Shown: in pieces, positions 1 through 10,933 of the stretch
Position numbering within the stretch: the first letter of the stretch is position 1
Layout: each line of letters opens with the position of its first letter
DNA from: Alphaproteobacteria bacterium
GTDB taxonomy: Bacteria; Pseudomonadota; Alphaproteobacteria; MPNO01; UBA830
NCBI GenBank assembly: GCA_965243135.1
Contig: OZ251539.1
Location: 3,200,001 to 3,264,000 of the forward strand
DNA: 64,000 bases
Direction of reading: 5' to 3'
Notes under the pieces: model-generated
What the model was told of the DNA's origin: nothing
Databases searched by the model: none
What the model saw: the letters and a program-made list of their open reading frames with translations, nothing else
Program-made: the position numbers and the translations under genes

Positions 1-162
1 GCCCTCGATCTGGTCGACGACCTCCTGTTAGCCGTTCCGTCGCACGACATTCGTCCGATCGAACGCGTGGACTCCCGCCGATCCGAACGGAAGCGCGCCC
101 GGCCTTCCAAGACCGGAAGGCCCGACGCGCCATGGTCATGGGGAGACGAGTCGGGTGACTGA
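1..162 (+). CDS. C-terminal part of an XRE/HipB-like antitoxin (partial, runs off window start)
   Basis: Frame 1 reads ALDLVDDLLLAVPSHDIRPIERVDSRRSERKRARPSKTGRPDAPWSWGDESGD*. The stop at 160-162 overlaps the hipA GTG start, and the basic tail ending in WGDE resembles HTH partners of HipA-like kinases. Confidence 0.6.
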   Translation, partial: ALDLVDDLLLAVPSHDIRPIERVDSRRSERKRARPSKTGRPDAPWSWGDESGD

Positions 163-1436
163 CGCGAGCGTAAACCTCTGGGGGCGGCGGCGCCGTTTCG
201 TGGGACCAGGCGCGCGCCGTCGCGGTCTTTCAATACGACGCGAACTTTCTCTCTTCCGGCGTCGAGGTTTCTCCGATGCCCGTCCGGGAGGCGCCATACG
301 CGTTTCCGGCGCTTCGGCGGGAAACGTTCATGGGATTGCCGGGTCTCCTTTCGGACGCGTTGCCCGACAGATTCGGCAACAGGCTGATCGACGTCTGGTT
401 GGCGGAGACCGGAAGGCGGCTTGAGGATTTCAGTCCCGTGGACCGGCTTTGCTACATCGGAAGGCGCGCCGTCGGCGCGCTGGAGTTCGAGCCCGTCATC
501 CGGAATCCGAGTGGACGAAGCGAGATCGCCGAACTCGCGGACCTTGCCGACAGGCTTCTCAAGGAGCGGTCTCAGCTCGCCGGCAGAATCGGAAGCAAGA
601 ACGACCGCGCTGCGCTCGGCGACGTTCTCAACGTGGGAACGTCCGCAGGCGGCGCGCGGGCCAAGGCGGTCCTGGCCTGGAATCCGAAAACCGGGGAATT
701 TCGGTCGGGTCAGGCCGACCCGAAAGAAGGCTTTGAACATTGGATGCTCAAATTCGACGGCGTTTCCGGCGATAACGACCAAGAGCTGGCCGACTCCCAA
801 GGCTACGGGCGCATCGAATATGCGTATCCTCTCATGGCTCGCGAAGCCGGAATCGAAATGTCGGACTGCCGACTCCATCGCGAAGGCGGACGAAGTCATT
901 TCATGACCCGGAGATTCGATCGCGACGGGAAGGGACGCAAGATCCACATGCAGTCCCTCGGAGCGTTGCGGCATTTCGACTTCCGCGAGCCGGGCGCTTA
1001 CGCCTACGAGCAAGCGATCCAAACGATCGTCGAAATGAAACTCGGGATGGCCGTCGTCGAAGAGCAGTATCGCCGGGCGATCTTCAACGTCGTCGCCCGA
1101 AACCAGGACGATCACGTCAAGAACGTCTCTTTCCTGATGAATCGAAACGGAGACTGGCGGCTGTCGCCCGCCTACGACGTGGCGTACGCCTACAATCCTT
1201 CCGGCCTCTGGACCCGCGACCACCAGATGAGCATGGCCGGCAAGCGCAACGATTTCGAACGAGAGGATCTTTTGAAATTCGCGGCGTCCTGCGGTCTGAA
1301 AAAGTCGGTTGCCAATCGCATAATCGGCGAGGTCGTTTCCGCGGTCGGCAATTGGCGGAAGGCGGCTGACGAAGCGGACGTCGAGATAAGAGACGTTCAG
1401 CGTATCGAAAAGACGCATCGCACGAAACTGACATAG
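155..1436 (+). pseudogene. hipA: HipA-family toxin kinase with a frameshift near codon 12
   Basis: HipA motifs LLSDALPDRFG, TSAGGARAKA, WMLKFDG, HFMTRRFDR, NQDDHVKN and LSPAYD lie in ORF 276-1436. The N-terminus MTDASVNLWGR starts at GTG 155 in another frame. GAVSWDQARAVAVFQYDANF continues in the 276 frame from about 190. Confidence 0.8.
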
Positions 1437-1768
1437 TCGTCGACAGCGGGGCGATCCCGCGCCAATGCTTCCCCCTGCGCGACTTTAAGCGGTCGGCAGT
1501 CTCTGTCGCGGAGTTCCCTCGAACCACAGGCGTGCTGGAACTCCCGGACTGCGCGGCATGCCGTCGAAGTCGAACCCGGTTGTCGATGCCGGTTTCTCCG
1601 CAAGAAAAACGTGCAGCTGGGCCGAACCGCCGACCAAGGCGAACCCGCTGCAGCGAAGCTCCTAGCCGCGAAACAGTTCGCGGACGGCCCGGACAACCTC
1701 CATCAGAATGCCGGCCGGCTTCGACAGGTTGCCCAGTTTCACGAGGGAGCGCGAAGGGACATGGCGGT

Positions 1769-1975
1769 TCACGCGAACGTCGGGCGCTCACCCTTCGGTT
1801 CGGGAATCGAGTCGCCGAACTCCTTCGCCGTATCGATCCATAGCTGCATCGCGTCGTTGACGTTCTTGAGGGCTGCCTCCTGGCTATCGCCATGCGCCAT
1901 GCAACCAGGCAGTTCGGGGACTTCGGCGATGAAAGCGCGGTCTTCGTCGCTCCAGATGATCTCGAATTTGTACAT
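1769..1975 (-). CDS. hicB: HicB-like antitoxin (68 aa)
   Basis: MYKFEIIWSDEDRAFIAEVPELPGCMAHGDSQEAALKNVNDAMQLWIDTAKEFGDSIPEPKG is a classic HicB-like N-terminal domain. A GGAGA RBS lies upstream. Confidence 0.88.
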   Translation of the reverse strand: MYKFEIIWSDEDRAFIAEVPELPGCMAHGDSQEAALKNVNDAMQLWIDTAKEFGDSIPEPKGERPTFA

Positions 1976-2145
1976 CAGTCTCCCTCTCCCAACTCGTACT
2001 TCGAAATCGCGCGGCGAACCTGCTTCACCTGGCAGGGTTTCGCGTAGCCGTCGTCGCGTTGCAGGTTGATCTTCTCGGCAACACCCTGTTTCCTGCAAAT
2101 GCGATGGCTGCCGCGCATCATCCTCGCCCGCAGTCGGCCGATCAT
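1975..2145 (-). pseudogene. hicA: Truncated HicA toxin remnant
   Basis: Minus strand reads ...MRGSHRICRKQGVAEKINLQRDDGYAKPCQVKQVRRAISKYELGEGD*, with the GSH motif and the AKPxQVKQVR tail of HicA. TGATG overlaps the hicB start. The N-terminal half is not recognisable. Confidence 0.7.
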
Positions 2146-2307
2146 CCGCAACCGCCTGGATTTTTCAGCGGATTGCTACGGGTCGGCGAGCGCAACGTCG
2201 GCCAGCGTCGGTCCGCCTCGCGCCCGGAGAAATTCGGGACGCGCGCGCCCTTTCCCCGGCGCCGCGATCCACCGTCGTTGTCGCGAACCGCGACTCCGGG
2301 CGGAAAA

Positions 2308-2384
2308 TGGTGGGCCCGGAGGGACTCGAACCCCCGACAACACCGTTATGAGCGGCGCGTTCTGACCAACTGAACTACGGGCCC
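2308..2384 (-). tRNA. tRNA with CAT anticodon, most likely tRNA-Ile2 (lysidine-modified) rather than Met
   Basis: Reverse complement GGGCCCGTAGTTCAGTTGGTCAGAACGCGCCGCTCATAACGGTGTTGTCGGGGGTTCGAGTCCCTCCGGGCCCACCA folds as a cloverleaf with TTCGA T-loop and encoded CCA. The G1-C72 GGGCC acceptor stem matches alphaproteobacterial Ile2. Confidence 0.92.
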
Positions 2385-2401
2385 CGCCAACCTGAGCCCG
2401 C

Positions 2402-2430
2402 ATCCTGACAAGTTCGGGGCGGTTTCGCAA
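2402..2430 (-). promoter_or_regulatory. Putative sigma70 promoter of the tRNA
   Basis: Minus strand TTGCGA-17 bp-CAGGAT just upstream of the tRNA 5' end. Confidence 0.4.
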
Positions 2431-2441
2431 GCCGCCGGTCT

Positions 2442-3893
2442 TCAGTCGTAAAGATGCGGCCACTTGCGGCGTATGGAAGCCTTGAGATCGGGGCTCGCCT
2501 CGGCGACGCGCGGAAATTCGTCCTTCCAGCCATAGGGACGGCATGCGTCGACGACTGCGCGATTGTTCTGCCAGGGCGGCTCGCGCAGCAGCGGGTCGAG
2601 CGGCGTCGACCAGGACCGCTTGATGTACTGAATGTCCTCCGGCGGGTCGCAGCGCGTCGACATCGCCCACGTCACGTCGAAAAGGTTGGATGGATCGATA
2701 TCCTCGTCAACCACCACGACCCAGCGGCCGGCGTAGTTGCCCGCATGGCAGGTCGCAGCCAGCATCCCGGCCTGGGAGGCGTGTCCCGGATAAAGCTGCT
2801 CGATGGAAATCACGTTGAACAACCGCCCGGCGCCGGACTCGTGGCACCAGACGCCCTTGACGCCGGGCAAGCCTGCCTTTTCCACCTCGTCCCAAATCAT
2901 CGCCGACTTCACCGTCGCGCGGGCGAAGGTGAAGTTTTCGGGGGGCCGCGACGGAATGGCGAGGGTGAGGATCGGCGCGTTCCGCCAATAGACCCGCCTT
3001 ATTCGGACGATCGGTAGTTCGGAGGCATTGGACGCATAATATCCCATGAATTCGCCGAACGGCCCCTCCTCCCGCAATTCGCCCGGAATCATTTCCCCTT
3101 CGAGAACGACCTCCGCATAGGCGGGAATCGGCAATCCATGCAGTTCGCTCGGAACGATCTCGATGGGCCTGCCGCGCTGACCGCCGGCATAGGCGAATTC
3201 GTCGAGCCCGTAATCGACTTCCTGATGCGCCACAAGGAAAAGGTTGGGATCCTGGCCGCAGGAGATCAGGACCGGGCATGGCTGGTTCTTCGCGAAGTAC
3301 TTGTCGCTGATCAGCCGGCCATGCTTGCCGGGCGACATCCAGATCGCGACGGTATTCTTGTCGTGCACCATGACGCGGTAGGTGCCCACGTTGATCCAGC
3401 CGGAGTCGGGGTCGCGCATGATCACGAGGTCGTCGGTGCCGATATATCGGCCGCCGTCATGCTCGTGCACGAAAGGCGCAGGAAACCTGGACAGATCGAC
3501 CTCGTCGTCCCGATCGACGTTCTCGAGCACCGGTCCGGTCGGAACCTCCACCGGGGGCATCGGCCGAAATTCCTCCCTGGCGCGCGTCCGGTAGGCCCGC
3601 ACGAGATCCATTTCCGTTTCGGGCTCGGGAAGACCCAACACCAGCGCCAGCCTCCGGTAGGCATTGGCCGCGCCGGACAGAATCCGGAATCCCTTCGGAT
3701 AGCCCGGAATTCCGTCGAACAGCAACGCCTTGGATCGGCCCGGATTCGCGGCGGCGATCGTCTCCGACAGCGCGCCGATTTCGAGGTTCCAGTCCGCGCC
3801 CTCGACGCGTTCGAGTTCGCCCATCTCCGCGAAACGCTCAATGAGCTCGCGCAGGTCCAGATAACCTTCGTTGCGGCCTTGCAGCCCGGTCAT
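2442..3893 (-). CDS. UbiD-family prenylated-FMN-dependent (de)carboxylase
   Basis: DLRELIERF, LLFDGIPGY, DGGRYIGT, INVGTYR, EGPFGEFMGYY and VVVDEDIDP...WAMSTRCDP motifs. Start placed at MTGLQG (GGGAGA RBS). Confidence 0.9.
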   Translation of the reverse strand: MTGLQGRNEGYLDLRELIERFAEMGELERVEGADWNLEIGALSETIAAANPGRSKALLFDGIPGYPKGFRILSGAANAYRRLALVLGLPEPETEMDLVRAYRTRAREEFRPMPPVEVPTGPVLENVDRDDEVDLSRFPAPFVHEHDGGRYIGTDDLVIMRDPDSGWINVGTYRVMVHDKNTVAIWMSPGKHGRLISDKYFAKNQPCPVLISCGQDPNLFLVAHQEVDYGLDEFAYAGGQRGRPIEIVPSELHGLPIPAYAEVVLEGEMIPGELREEGPFGEFMGYYASNASELPIVRIRRVYWRNAPILTLAIPSRPPENFTFARATVKSAMIWDEVEKAGLPGVKGVWCHESGAGRLFNVISIEQLYPGHASQAGMLAATCHAGNYAGRWVVVVDEDIDPSNLFDVTWAMSTRCDPPEDIQYIKRSWSTPLDPLLREPPWQNNRAVVDACRPYGWKDEFPRVAEASPDLKASIRRKWPHLYD

Positions 3894-3989
3894 CGCATCG
3901 TCTCCCAGCGCCGCTTCAAACGGCGTTTCTTCCGCGCACGTGCATAAGTGCCGGACAGTAGCAAGGACAGCCAACGTTCACGCCGCAAG

Positions 3990-4310
3990 AGTGAACGGAG
4001 TTCGGTTTCTCGTCAAGACGATTGCAGCGACTCGTATTCTGCAGTTCCTTGCTCCGCTCGCCCTGTTGGCGGCCTGCGGTCAACCGGATCTCGAAACCGC
4101 CGGCGGCGGCGAAGTCCGGCCGCGCGAACGTGAAACGGCTCGAGGCGCCGTCGGACCGCTATTCGTCGATTCGCGTCGCGGACCCGTTCGTATGCCGGAC
4201 TGACGGCGCTTCCAGAAAACCTGCGGCGCTGCGACCTGCTGACGACGGAGCCGGTGACGCTGCCGCTGCGCGGCGACGAGACGGACAAAGCATTATTTTG
4301 GAAATTCTTT
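3990..4310 (+). pseudogene. Possible decayed lipoprotein gene
   Basis: A signal-like stretch with lipobox (LQFLAPLALLAACG) is followed by protein-like segments in shifting frames. Confidence 0.3.
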
Positions 4311-4311
4311 G

Positions 4312-5361
4312 CTAGCCGACGCGGGTCCTGCAGGCTTTCTCGTGCTGACGAACGTGGTCGCCAACGGTGCTCGCCAGTTTTACCGGAACCGCATTGCCGA
4401 TCTGACGCGCCATGGCTCCCATGCTTCCGGAAAATTCGAACGCATCGCTGAATGTTTGCAACCTCGCCGCCTCCCTTACGCTCAGCGCCCTGTTTTGCGT
4501 CGGATGCCCGTAGCGCCCGTTCGAAAGGCTGATGCACCGGGTGGTCAGGGCGGCGGCGGGCCGATCCTTGTGGAGTCTGCCATACACGTCAGTGTGACCC
4601 GCGTAGTTCCTGTGGCAGTCGAGTTTCAGGCGTTCGGGCCAGCTCTCCCGGCCGCTGCCGGGAGGCGTCGCCCTGATGCGCTCCAGATTGATCTGCGACA
4701 GCTTCGCCGCCCGGTGGTTCGTCACCTTCCCGCTGGACTCGCCGGCTTCGAGCGAAGGGAGGTTCCCGATCCATTTCCACACGGTCTCGAATTCGGGATG
4801 GTCGGTACCCGGTCCGTAAGTCTTCTTCGGCACCCCTATCGGGCCGAGCAGGCTCGCCAGCAGCACGAACCGCCGCCGGTACTGAGGCACGCCGTAATCC
4901 TGCGCCCGAAGTATTTTCGAGTCGCGTTTGTATCCCAGCTCGTCGAGCAGGTCGACGAAACGCCCCAAGGGCCCCTTTCTGGAATCGACTTTCTGGAGGC
5001 CGGCGACGTTCTCGACGAAAATGTAGCCGGGCCGGATAGCCTCGACGAAACGGTGGATTTCATCGAGCAGGGTCACGCGCTCGTCTTCGCGGTCCCGGCT
5101 CGTCCGTTGCCGAGTGAACGGCTGGCAGGGAGCGCAAGCCGAAAACAGCAAAGGTCCGTCCGCCGGGATCACGGGAAACAAATCCTCGGGATGAAGGGAT
5201 CGGACGTCCTTCAGGAAAAAATGCGCTTCCGGGAAATTCCCGGTAAACGTGCGTTCGGCGTCGGGGTCGTTGTCGATTCCCGCGAGAATCTTCATGCCCG
5301 CATCCCTCAGCCCGGCGCTCGTACCTCCGCACCCGCAGAAAAAGTCGATTACCCCGATCAC
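4312..5361 (-). CDS. DNA (cytosine-5)-methyltransferase, M.HgiDII-like
   Basis: Motifs I DFFCGCGG, IV CAPCQPF, VI ENV, VIII QYRRR, IX REAARLQTF and X QIGNAVP. The variable region DVYGRL...NGRYGHP resembles HgiDII-type MTases (from recall). Confidence 0.93.
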   Translation of the reverse strand: MIGVIDFFCGCGGTSAGLRDAGMKILAGIDNDPDAERTFTGNFPEAHFFLKDVRSLHPEDLFPVIPADGPLLFSACAPCQPFTRQRTSRDREDERVTLLDEIHRFVEAIRPGYIFVENVAGLQKVDSRKGPLGRFVDLLDELGYKRDSKILRAQDYGVPQYRRRFVLLASLLGPIGVPKKTYGPGTDHPEFETVWKWIGNLPSLEAGESSGKVTNHRAAKLSQINLERIRATPPGSGRESWPERLKLDCHRNYAGHTDVYGRLHKDRPAAALTTRCISLSNGRYGHPTQNRALSVREAARLQTFSDAFEFSGSMGAMARQIGNAVPVKLASTVGDHVRQHEKACRTRVG

Positions 5362-6229
5362 GGACGCCTCGCAGTCTGGAATCCTTCGTCCTCATATTAC
5401 CATGCATTTGCCCAATTTGTAGAATCAGGGTACTCTTCAAGAAGTGGTTTTGGAGCGGACGCGACGCATAGTGCGCTGACATCCTGCAGGCGGACAGGTG
5501 CGACTTGCGCTGGCCGGAATCGCGCCTCTGCGGTCCGGTACGAAGGGAGTGGAAGCGGGCGCTTCGCGGTTGGCGGCCTGTGACGAAGCTGCTTCCATGC
5601 TTCGGTGTAGCCAGAATGCGCCGACTTGGTGAGAACCGGGGCTTCTTTCAGGAACGGCATGCGGCGTTGGCCAAGGTCGTCCGGCGGAAACGAAAACCTG
5701 TCAGGTCAAGCGAACGAAGGGAAATTGTCATGTCCAATCAACCTCGTCGGGTACGCGGGGCAACGATCTGGGTCGGGTTGGAGGAAGGCTGAGGCTGTCG
5801 TTTCAAATTCATCCCCTTCTCCCTGAAAGCAGGAACCGCCTCAGGTGAGAAAGGTTTGAAATTTCGCACGCATCAAGGACCTTTTTCCGATGCACGAACT
5901 CTTGCAGCTACCGTCTCCATCACCCGCAAGAAGACGCCGAAACCTCCGGCAGGAGGAACTCCCTGCCGGTCGCTTCCTGGACAGCCGTAGGTCGTTTGCA
6001 ACCATTGCTACCGCAGACCGTCGGCCCATGCTGCTATGCGAACGTTCCCCCGATAGTTAGGCCAGTCAAGGCTGCAACGGATTGCGACGGGCAGGCTGGA
6101 CGTCGTGTCGACCGTCTCTTCGTATGCAGACTCGGGATGCGAGAGAAGCGTCGCGAGCCGAATGAATCTCGCGGCGCGACCGTCCACGTACGGAGCCGGC
6201 GTGTACAATCTCGATAGGAGGGAGAAGGA

Positions 6230-8368
6230 ATGAGCGAGCCTGCCCGGATCCCGTTCCGCATGCATCCGCGAGTGTTCGACGCTCTGGGCGCCGATCTCGT
6301 CACAAGCGATGTCGTTGCCGTGATCGAACTGGTCAAAAACGCGTATGACGCATTCGCCCGGAAAGTCGATGTAAAATTTCGGAAAAATCAAGATGGTCAC
6401 ACCCGGCTGGACATCGTCGACGACGGGCACGGAATGACGCGCGAGGAGATCGAAGACGTATGGTGCCTTGTGGCGACGCCCCACAAGGATCGGCATCCGG
6501 TAGCGAGAAGAGGCGCCGAAAGGCGCCGCGTTACCGGAGCGAAGGGCTTGGGGCGCCTGTCGGCCGCTCGGCTGGGAGGCCGCCTCAGCATGTTGACCAA
6601 GGCGCGCGGCGAACCCTGCTGGCGGGTTCGCGTCGACTGGTCCCGCGTGTCCGACGGCGCCGACATTGCGGAGAGTTATGTCGTTTGCGAGCGTGCTGAC
6701 GAAGCTTGGCCCAGCAACTCCGGCTCGGGAACCTGGCTCCGCATACGCGATCTTCGCGAAACCTGGGACGAGGCGCGTATTTCCGATCTTGAGCAAAATC
6801 TCGCCCGCCTGATCTCTCCTTTCGCCGAGCGACGCGATTTCCGGATTTTCCTATCCGTCTTTGGCGAATCCAAAGGGGGATCCAAACCGGTCGAGGTGCG
6901 CGCCCCGACTTTCCTCGCGCATCCGAAATACAGATTCCGTGGACAGGTCGACAACAGCGGAAACGTCAGCAGCGAGTACGAATTCAGACCGGTCGCGGCG
7001 GGCGAACCCAGAACCAGGAAACTGGGTCTGACATGGCGGCAGGTGCTGGACGCGGCGCAGGAGCGCATCCCGGAGGGAGACGCTGCCTGCGGTCCGTTCT
7101 CTTTCGAGATAAGGGCATGGGATATCGGCGGACAGGATACGGCCGAAATCGCCGACCGGTTCCGGGTCAATCGGTCCGATGTGCGAAAGGCGATCCGCGT
7201 CCACAAGGGAATATCGGTCTATCGGGACGAAGTGCTGGTCTTGCCCAAGTCAGACAACGCCCGCGACTGGCTCGGACTGGACCTGCGCCGGGTAAGCAGA
7301 GTGGGACAGCGCCTCAGCACGAATCAACTCGTCGGCTACGTTTCCATCACCGCCGACAGCAATCCGGGAATCGGGGATACCAGCGATCGCGAGCGGCTGG
7401 TGTCGACCGCCGAGGCCAGCCAGTTTCAGGAGATATTGAAAGCCGTCGTTGGCCAGATGGAGAACGAGCGGGCCGTCGATCGGTCGGAACCCGATCGGGA
7501 GCGACCGATGAAGAATCTTTTCGAGGGCCTTTCCGCGGACGAACTGCTCGACGAAATCAAGTCGCTTTCGGACGACGGCCTGCCTGCCTCCGAAGCCGTT
7601 CCATGCGTCAGAAATTTCAGGCGCACCCTCAAGACGACCCGGCATTCGATCGAGGAGCGTTTCGCTCATTACAGCCGCCTCTCGACCGTCGGCACGATCG
7701 CCCATATGCTGGTTCACGAAATAAGGGCCCGCACCACGGCCTTCGGAGGCTTTCTCGAATTTGTCAGGGAACGATCCGCGCCCTGCAACGACCCGGAACT
7801 GCAAGAACAGATGCGGCTGGCCGACCACGCCATCGAGGCGCTGGAATCGCTTGCGGACACCTTTCTGCCGCTAGCCAACCGGAATTTCCGGCGACGGAAG
7901 CGACAGTCCGTTCTCGAGGAGCGGATCAGTCATTGCCTCGCCCTTGCCAAGGGAGACATCAGGAAGAGGCGAGTGAAATGCAAGGTCCCGGAAACGGAGA
8001 CGATCGTGGCCGTGGATCCGGGCGAACTCGACGCGATCGTCCTCAATCTGGTCACCAATGCGGCGTACTGGATGGGCGATGTCGCGGGCGAACGCCGCAT
8101 CGATTTCGGGATCAGGCGCCGCCGCGGCGTTCCGCGGGTCGAAGTACGGGTTTCCGACACAGGCCCCGGCATCGAGCCGGAAGACGCCGACAGGGTTTTC
8201 TGGCCCGGAGTTACCGGCAAGCCCGACGGGATCGGAATGGGGCTGACGGTTGCCCGGCAATTGGTTCATTCGTACGACGGACGGATGACGGTCTCGTCGG
8301 CGCCGGGCGCCGGCACCGAGTTCACTTTCGACCTGCCGCTCCGCCGGAAAGGAAGCGCGAATGCTTAA
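6230..8368 (+). CDS. MORC-type GHKL ATPase fused to a C-terminal histidine kinase (copy 1)
   Basis: N-terminal GHKL motifs ELVKNAYDA, DDGHGM, GAKGLGRLS and GT. An S5-like region has GISVYRD...DWLGLDLRR. C-terminal kinase has H-box VHEIR, N-box NLVTNA, DTGPGI and GIGMGL. No transmembrane segments. Confidence 0.88.
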   Translation: MSEPARIPFRMHPRVFDALGADLVTSDVVAVIELVKNAYDAFARKVDVKFRKNQDGHTRLDIVDDGHGMTREEIEDVWCLVATPHKDRHPVARRGAERRRVTGAKGLGRLSAARLGGRLSMLTKARGEPCWRVRVDWSRVSDGADIAESYVVCERADEAWPSNSGSGTWLRIRDLRETWDEARISDLEQNLARLISPFAERRDFRIFLSVFGESKGGSKPVEVRAPTFLAHPKYRFRGQVDNSGNVSSEYEFRPVAAGEPRTRKLGLTWRQVLDAAQERIPEGDAACGPFSFEIRAWDIGGQDTAEIADRFRVNRSDVRKAIRVHKGISVYRDEVLVLPKSDNARDWLGLDLRRVSRVGQRLSTNQLVGYVSITADSNPGIGDTSDRERLVSTAEASQFQEILKAVVGQMENERAVDRSEPDRERPMKNLFEGLSADELLDEIKSLSDDGLPASEAVPCVRNFRRTLKTTRHSIEERFAHYSRLSTVGTIAHMLVHEIRARTTAFGGFLEFVRERSAPCNDPELQEQMRLADHAIEALESLADTFLPLANRNFRRRKRQSVLEERISHCLALAKGDIRKRRVKCKVPETETIVAVDPGELDAIVLNLVTNAAYWMGDVAGERRIDFGIRRRRGVPRVEVRVSDTGPGIEPEDADRVFWPGVTGKPDGIGMGLTVARQLVHSYDGRMTVSSAPGAGTEFTFDLPLRRKGSANA

Positions 8369-9444
8369 GCTATTGTTCATTGACGACCAACCAGACTCTC
8401 TTGGGCCTCTGAAGAACTTTCTCCGCCAGCACCTCAGCTTCGAGGAGAAGACTCGCAACTTCCCCGAGGCCCGGAATTGCGTTGCCGGATATCGCCCGGA
8501 TATCGTGATTCTCGATGTCGTCGACGCCGCCAGCCCCCAAGAATCCCGAAGTCGAGGCCAAAAATACGCTCAACCTTATCTGGAACGGGCATTTCTGTCC
8601 GATAATCGTATATTCCGCCAATCTCGACCTTCTTGAGGGCCATCGAGACCATCCTTTCGTCGTCAGAGTGTAAAGGGGGGCCCGGAATCCACAAAAGGTG
8701 CGGAACGCGATCAGAGAATTCGAACCTCATATCGCGGCGTTGAAGGAGGCAGAGGAAAGCGTCCGGCGGTCGTTCTCGGAAGCGATGCGCGATCTGGCTC
8801 CCGTCGCGCTCGGCGCAACCGGAAAAGTCAATGCCGATACCATCAGACGTGCGGGCCGACGACGGCTCGCCGCGCTTATGGACGAGCCGGCGGCTGATGG
8901 GGAATCGCCAGCCGCGTGGGAGCAATACCTGTTTCCTCCGGTATCGGAGGATTTCCTGCTTGGCGATGTATTGAAAAAGAGAGACGCCGAGGATCCGGCA
9001 GCGTACCGCGTCGTCCTGACTCCTTCCTGCGATATGGTCGCATCCGGGGAACGTGAGCCGAAGGTGCAGGAGATTTTTGTCGCGAAGTGCTGCTCCATGC
9101 AGCAAGCGTTGGAGCAAATCGGCCGCGCCGGAATCGGGCGTCGCAGGATCGAAAGAGACCTACCCAACAACATGCTGGACCCGGGTTACATGAGCCCGGT
9201 AATTCCTTTTCCCCGACTGAACGGCCAGATACCGCAGATGGCCGCCAACCTGCGCCAACTGGAATTGATTCCATTCGATAAATTGAATGACGATTACGAG
9301 CGGAAGGCCTCCATCGACAGCCCCTTTCGCGAGATGGTCGCCTGGGCTTATCTTCAGACTGCGGCCCGTCCCGGTCTCCCGGATCGGGACACGGCCAAAT
9401 GGGCGACGGAAATCGCTGACGAGATGGACACTCATCGAGGCTGA
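8361..9444 (+). pseudogene. Response-regulator receiver-domain protein with unknown C-terminal domain, disrupted
   Basis: REC start LLFIDDQ...PDIVILDV. A +1 frameshift near the C5 run at about 8534-8538 restores KNPEVEAKNTLNLIWNGHFCPIIVYSAN. An in-frame TAA at 8671-8673 follows, then ORF 8698-9444 (VVLTPSCD...ARPGLPD). Confidence 0.8.
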
Positions 9445-10933
9445 AAATCTCGTCGTCGGCGATTTTCGGGAGGTCGCTCCGCTCGGCGATTTCTCCGTCG
9501 ATTCGTCAGTCAATCGTTCGGGTCGCGCCAAGGAAATCGCTGACGGTCGTGGAGCCAAAACGCGTCTGACGTTCTTGTCCATGGAAAACTTCGTGCTCCG
9601 CCGTCTCGGGCGATCGTCAATCCCACAAAAAAGGCGGCTTTCAACGGCTTTTGGCGGATTCGGGAATCTCGAAAACGTGGGGGCCGCTGCGCATAGGCCG
9701 CGCTGAACCTTCACCCATCCTCGCCACTTATGGCGTCCAACGATGACAAACTCTTCAGCCCGTCTTCCGTTGCTTCATGTTTTTCATCGGCTCTCGACGC
9801 TCCAAGCGACCGAGCCGTTTCGCCGCAAGGTCGTGGAACGTCGAAGCGAAACGGTTGTTGAACTGTTTCGCAGAGCGCACAAGGTTGATCTTTCGGCGAA
9901 CGGGACGTTCCGGTTCCCCCCGCAGAGCCACGGACGCCGCTTGCCGCTCCGCCTCCGTGAACTTCCGCCTCCCCCGTCCCCGACCGCCTTCAGGCGTGTG
10001 ATCCTCGTGGCCCTCCAGATAGTGCGTGCCGACCGTTCAGCGTTCCAAGGATCCTTACTCTCCTGCAGGCTCGGCCGCCTGGATGCGCCCTCAAAGCGCG
10101 TTCTTCCGGCCCTGCGGAGAGCCGTTCGAGACCCCGTTCGACAGCCGCTCGGGCGGCCTCCGCACGGGGCGGTTCGCGAAAGCCTTCATGCGTTCGACAA
10201 GCTCTCCTGGTATTCGAGGATCGGCGTTCCGTCACGATGGTTATCGACGTCCTGAAGGAAATCTCGTATATTCTCCATGCAGGCTCCCATGTAATTCAGG
10301 ATCGGATCCCCTTGGAGGAATCATGCCTGGTTATGGGGGCCCGCCAGTCTTCCCAATATATGATCGTAATAGCTCGTTCCATCGCGCCTTTCCTTCGTCC
10401 CTTCAAGTTTCGCTGCCGCTTCGTTCACTGCGCAGCACCCTTTCTCGGGCGAAAGTTACTCGCAAAAACGGGAACACCACGGTTCGCGACATTAGGATCA
10501 GCAGTATCCCCGCTCTTCGCGCCGCCATCTCCCGCAGAGATGTTTCGCCGCGCGCTGCTGGTGAGTCCCTGTTTTCGCTCGACCGCATACGCTGAAAATC
10601 CGTCCATTGAGCGATAAAATGAGCACGAATCGCCTGATGGATCAAGGATGGGAGTGCAAATTTCTCTCCGCCTTCAAACAAAAATGAGGATCTCGGAGAG
10701 GGCAACACAAATCCGCGACGGGCATATAGACAGCACCCTGCCGTACGGTTGTCCGCCCGCGGATTTGACTGGCTTGAGGACCGGCTTCAGGAGGCACTCG
10801 AGGTCCACGGAACGTTACCGCGGCGGGAGTTGGACGAACTGGCCGAAAATCGCATAACGGGCGTCAGGCACTGTCTACAGCGACAGCGTGAAAGCGGTCG
10901 CCGTCCTGAATGCCGTGTGGCAACTGTCGTAAT

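Noticed and set aside
5362-6229. Short ORFs and TTTCAAA-containing motifs between the MTase and kinase 1 as a controller gene or IS ends
   Set aside because: There is no HTH-like ORF, and the similarity to the 23402 end is limited to about 7 bp.
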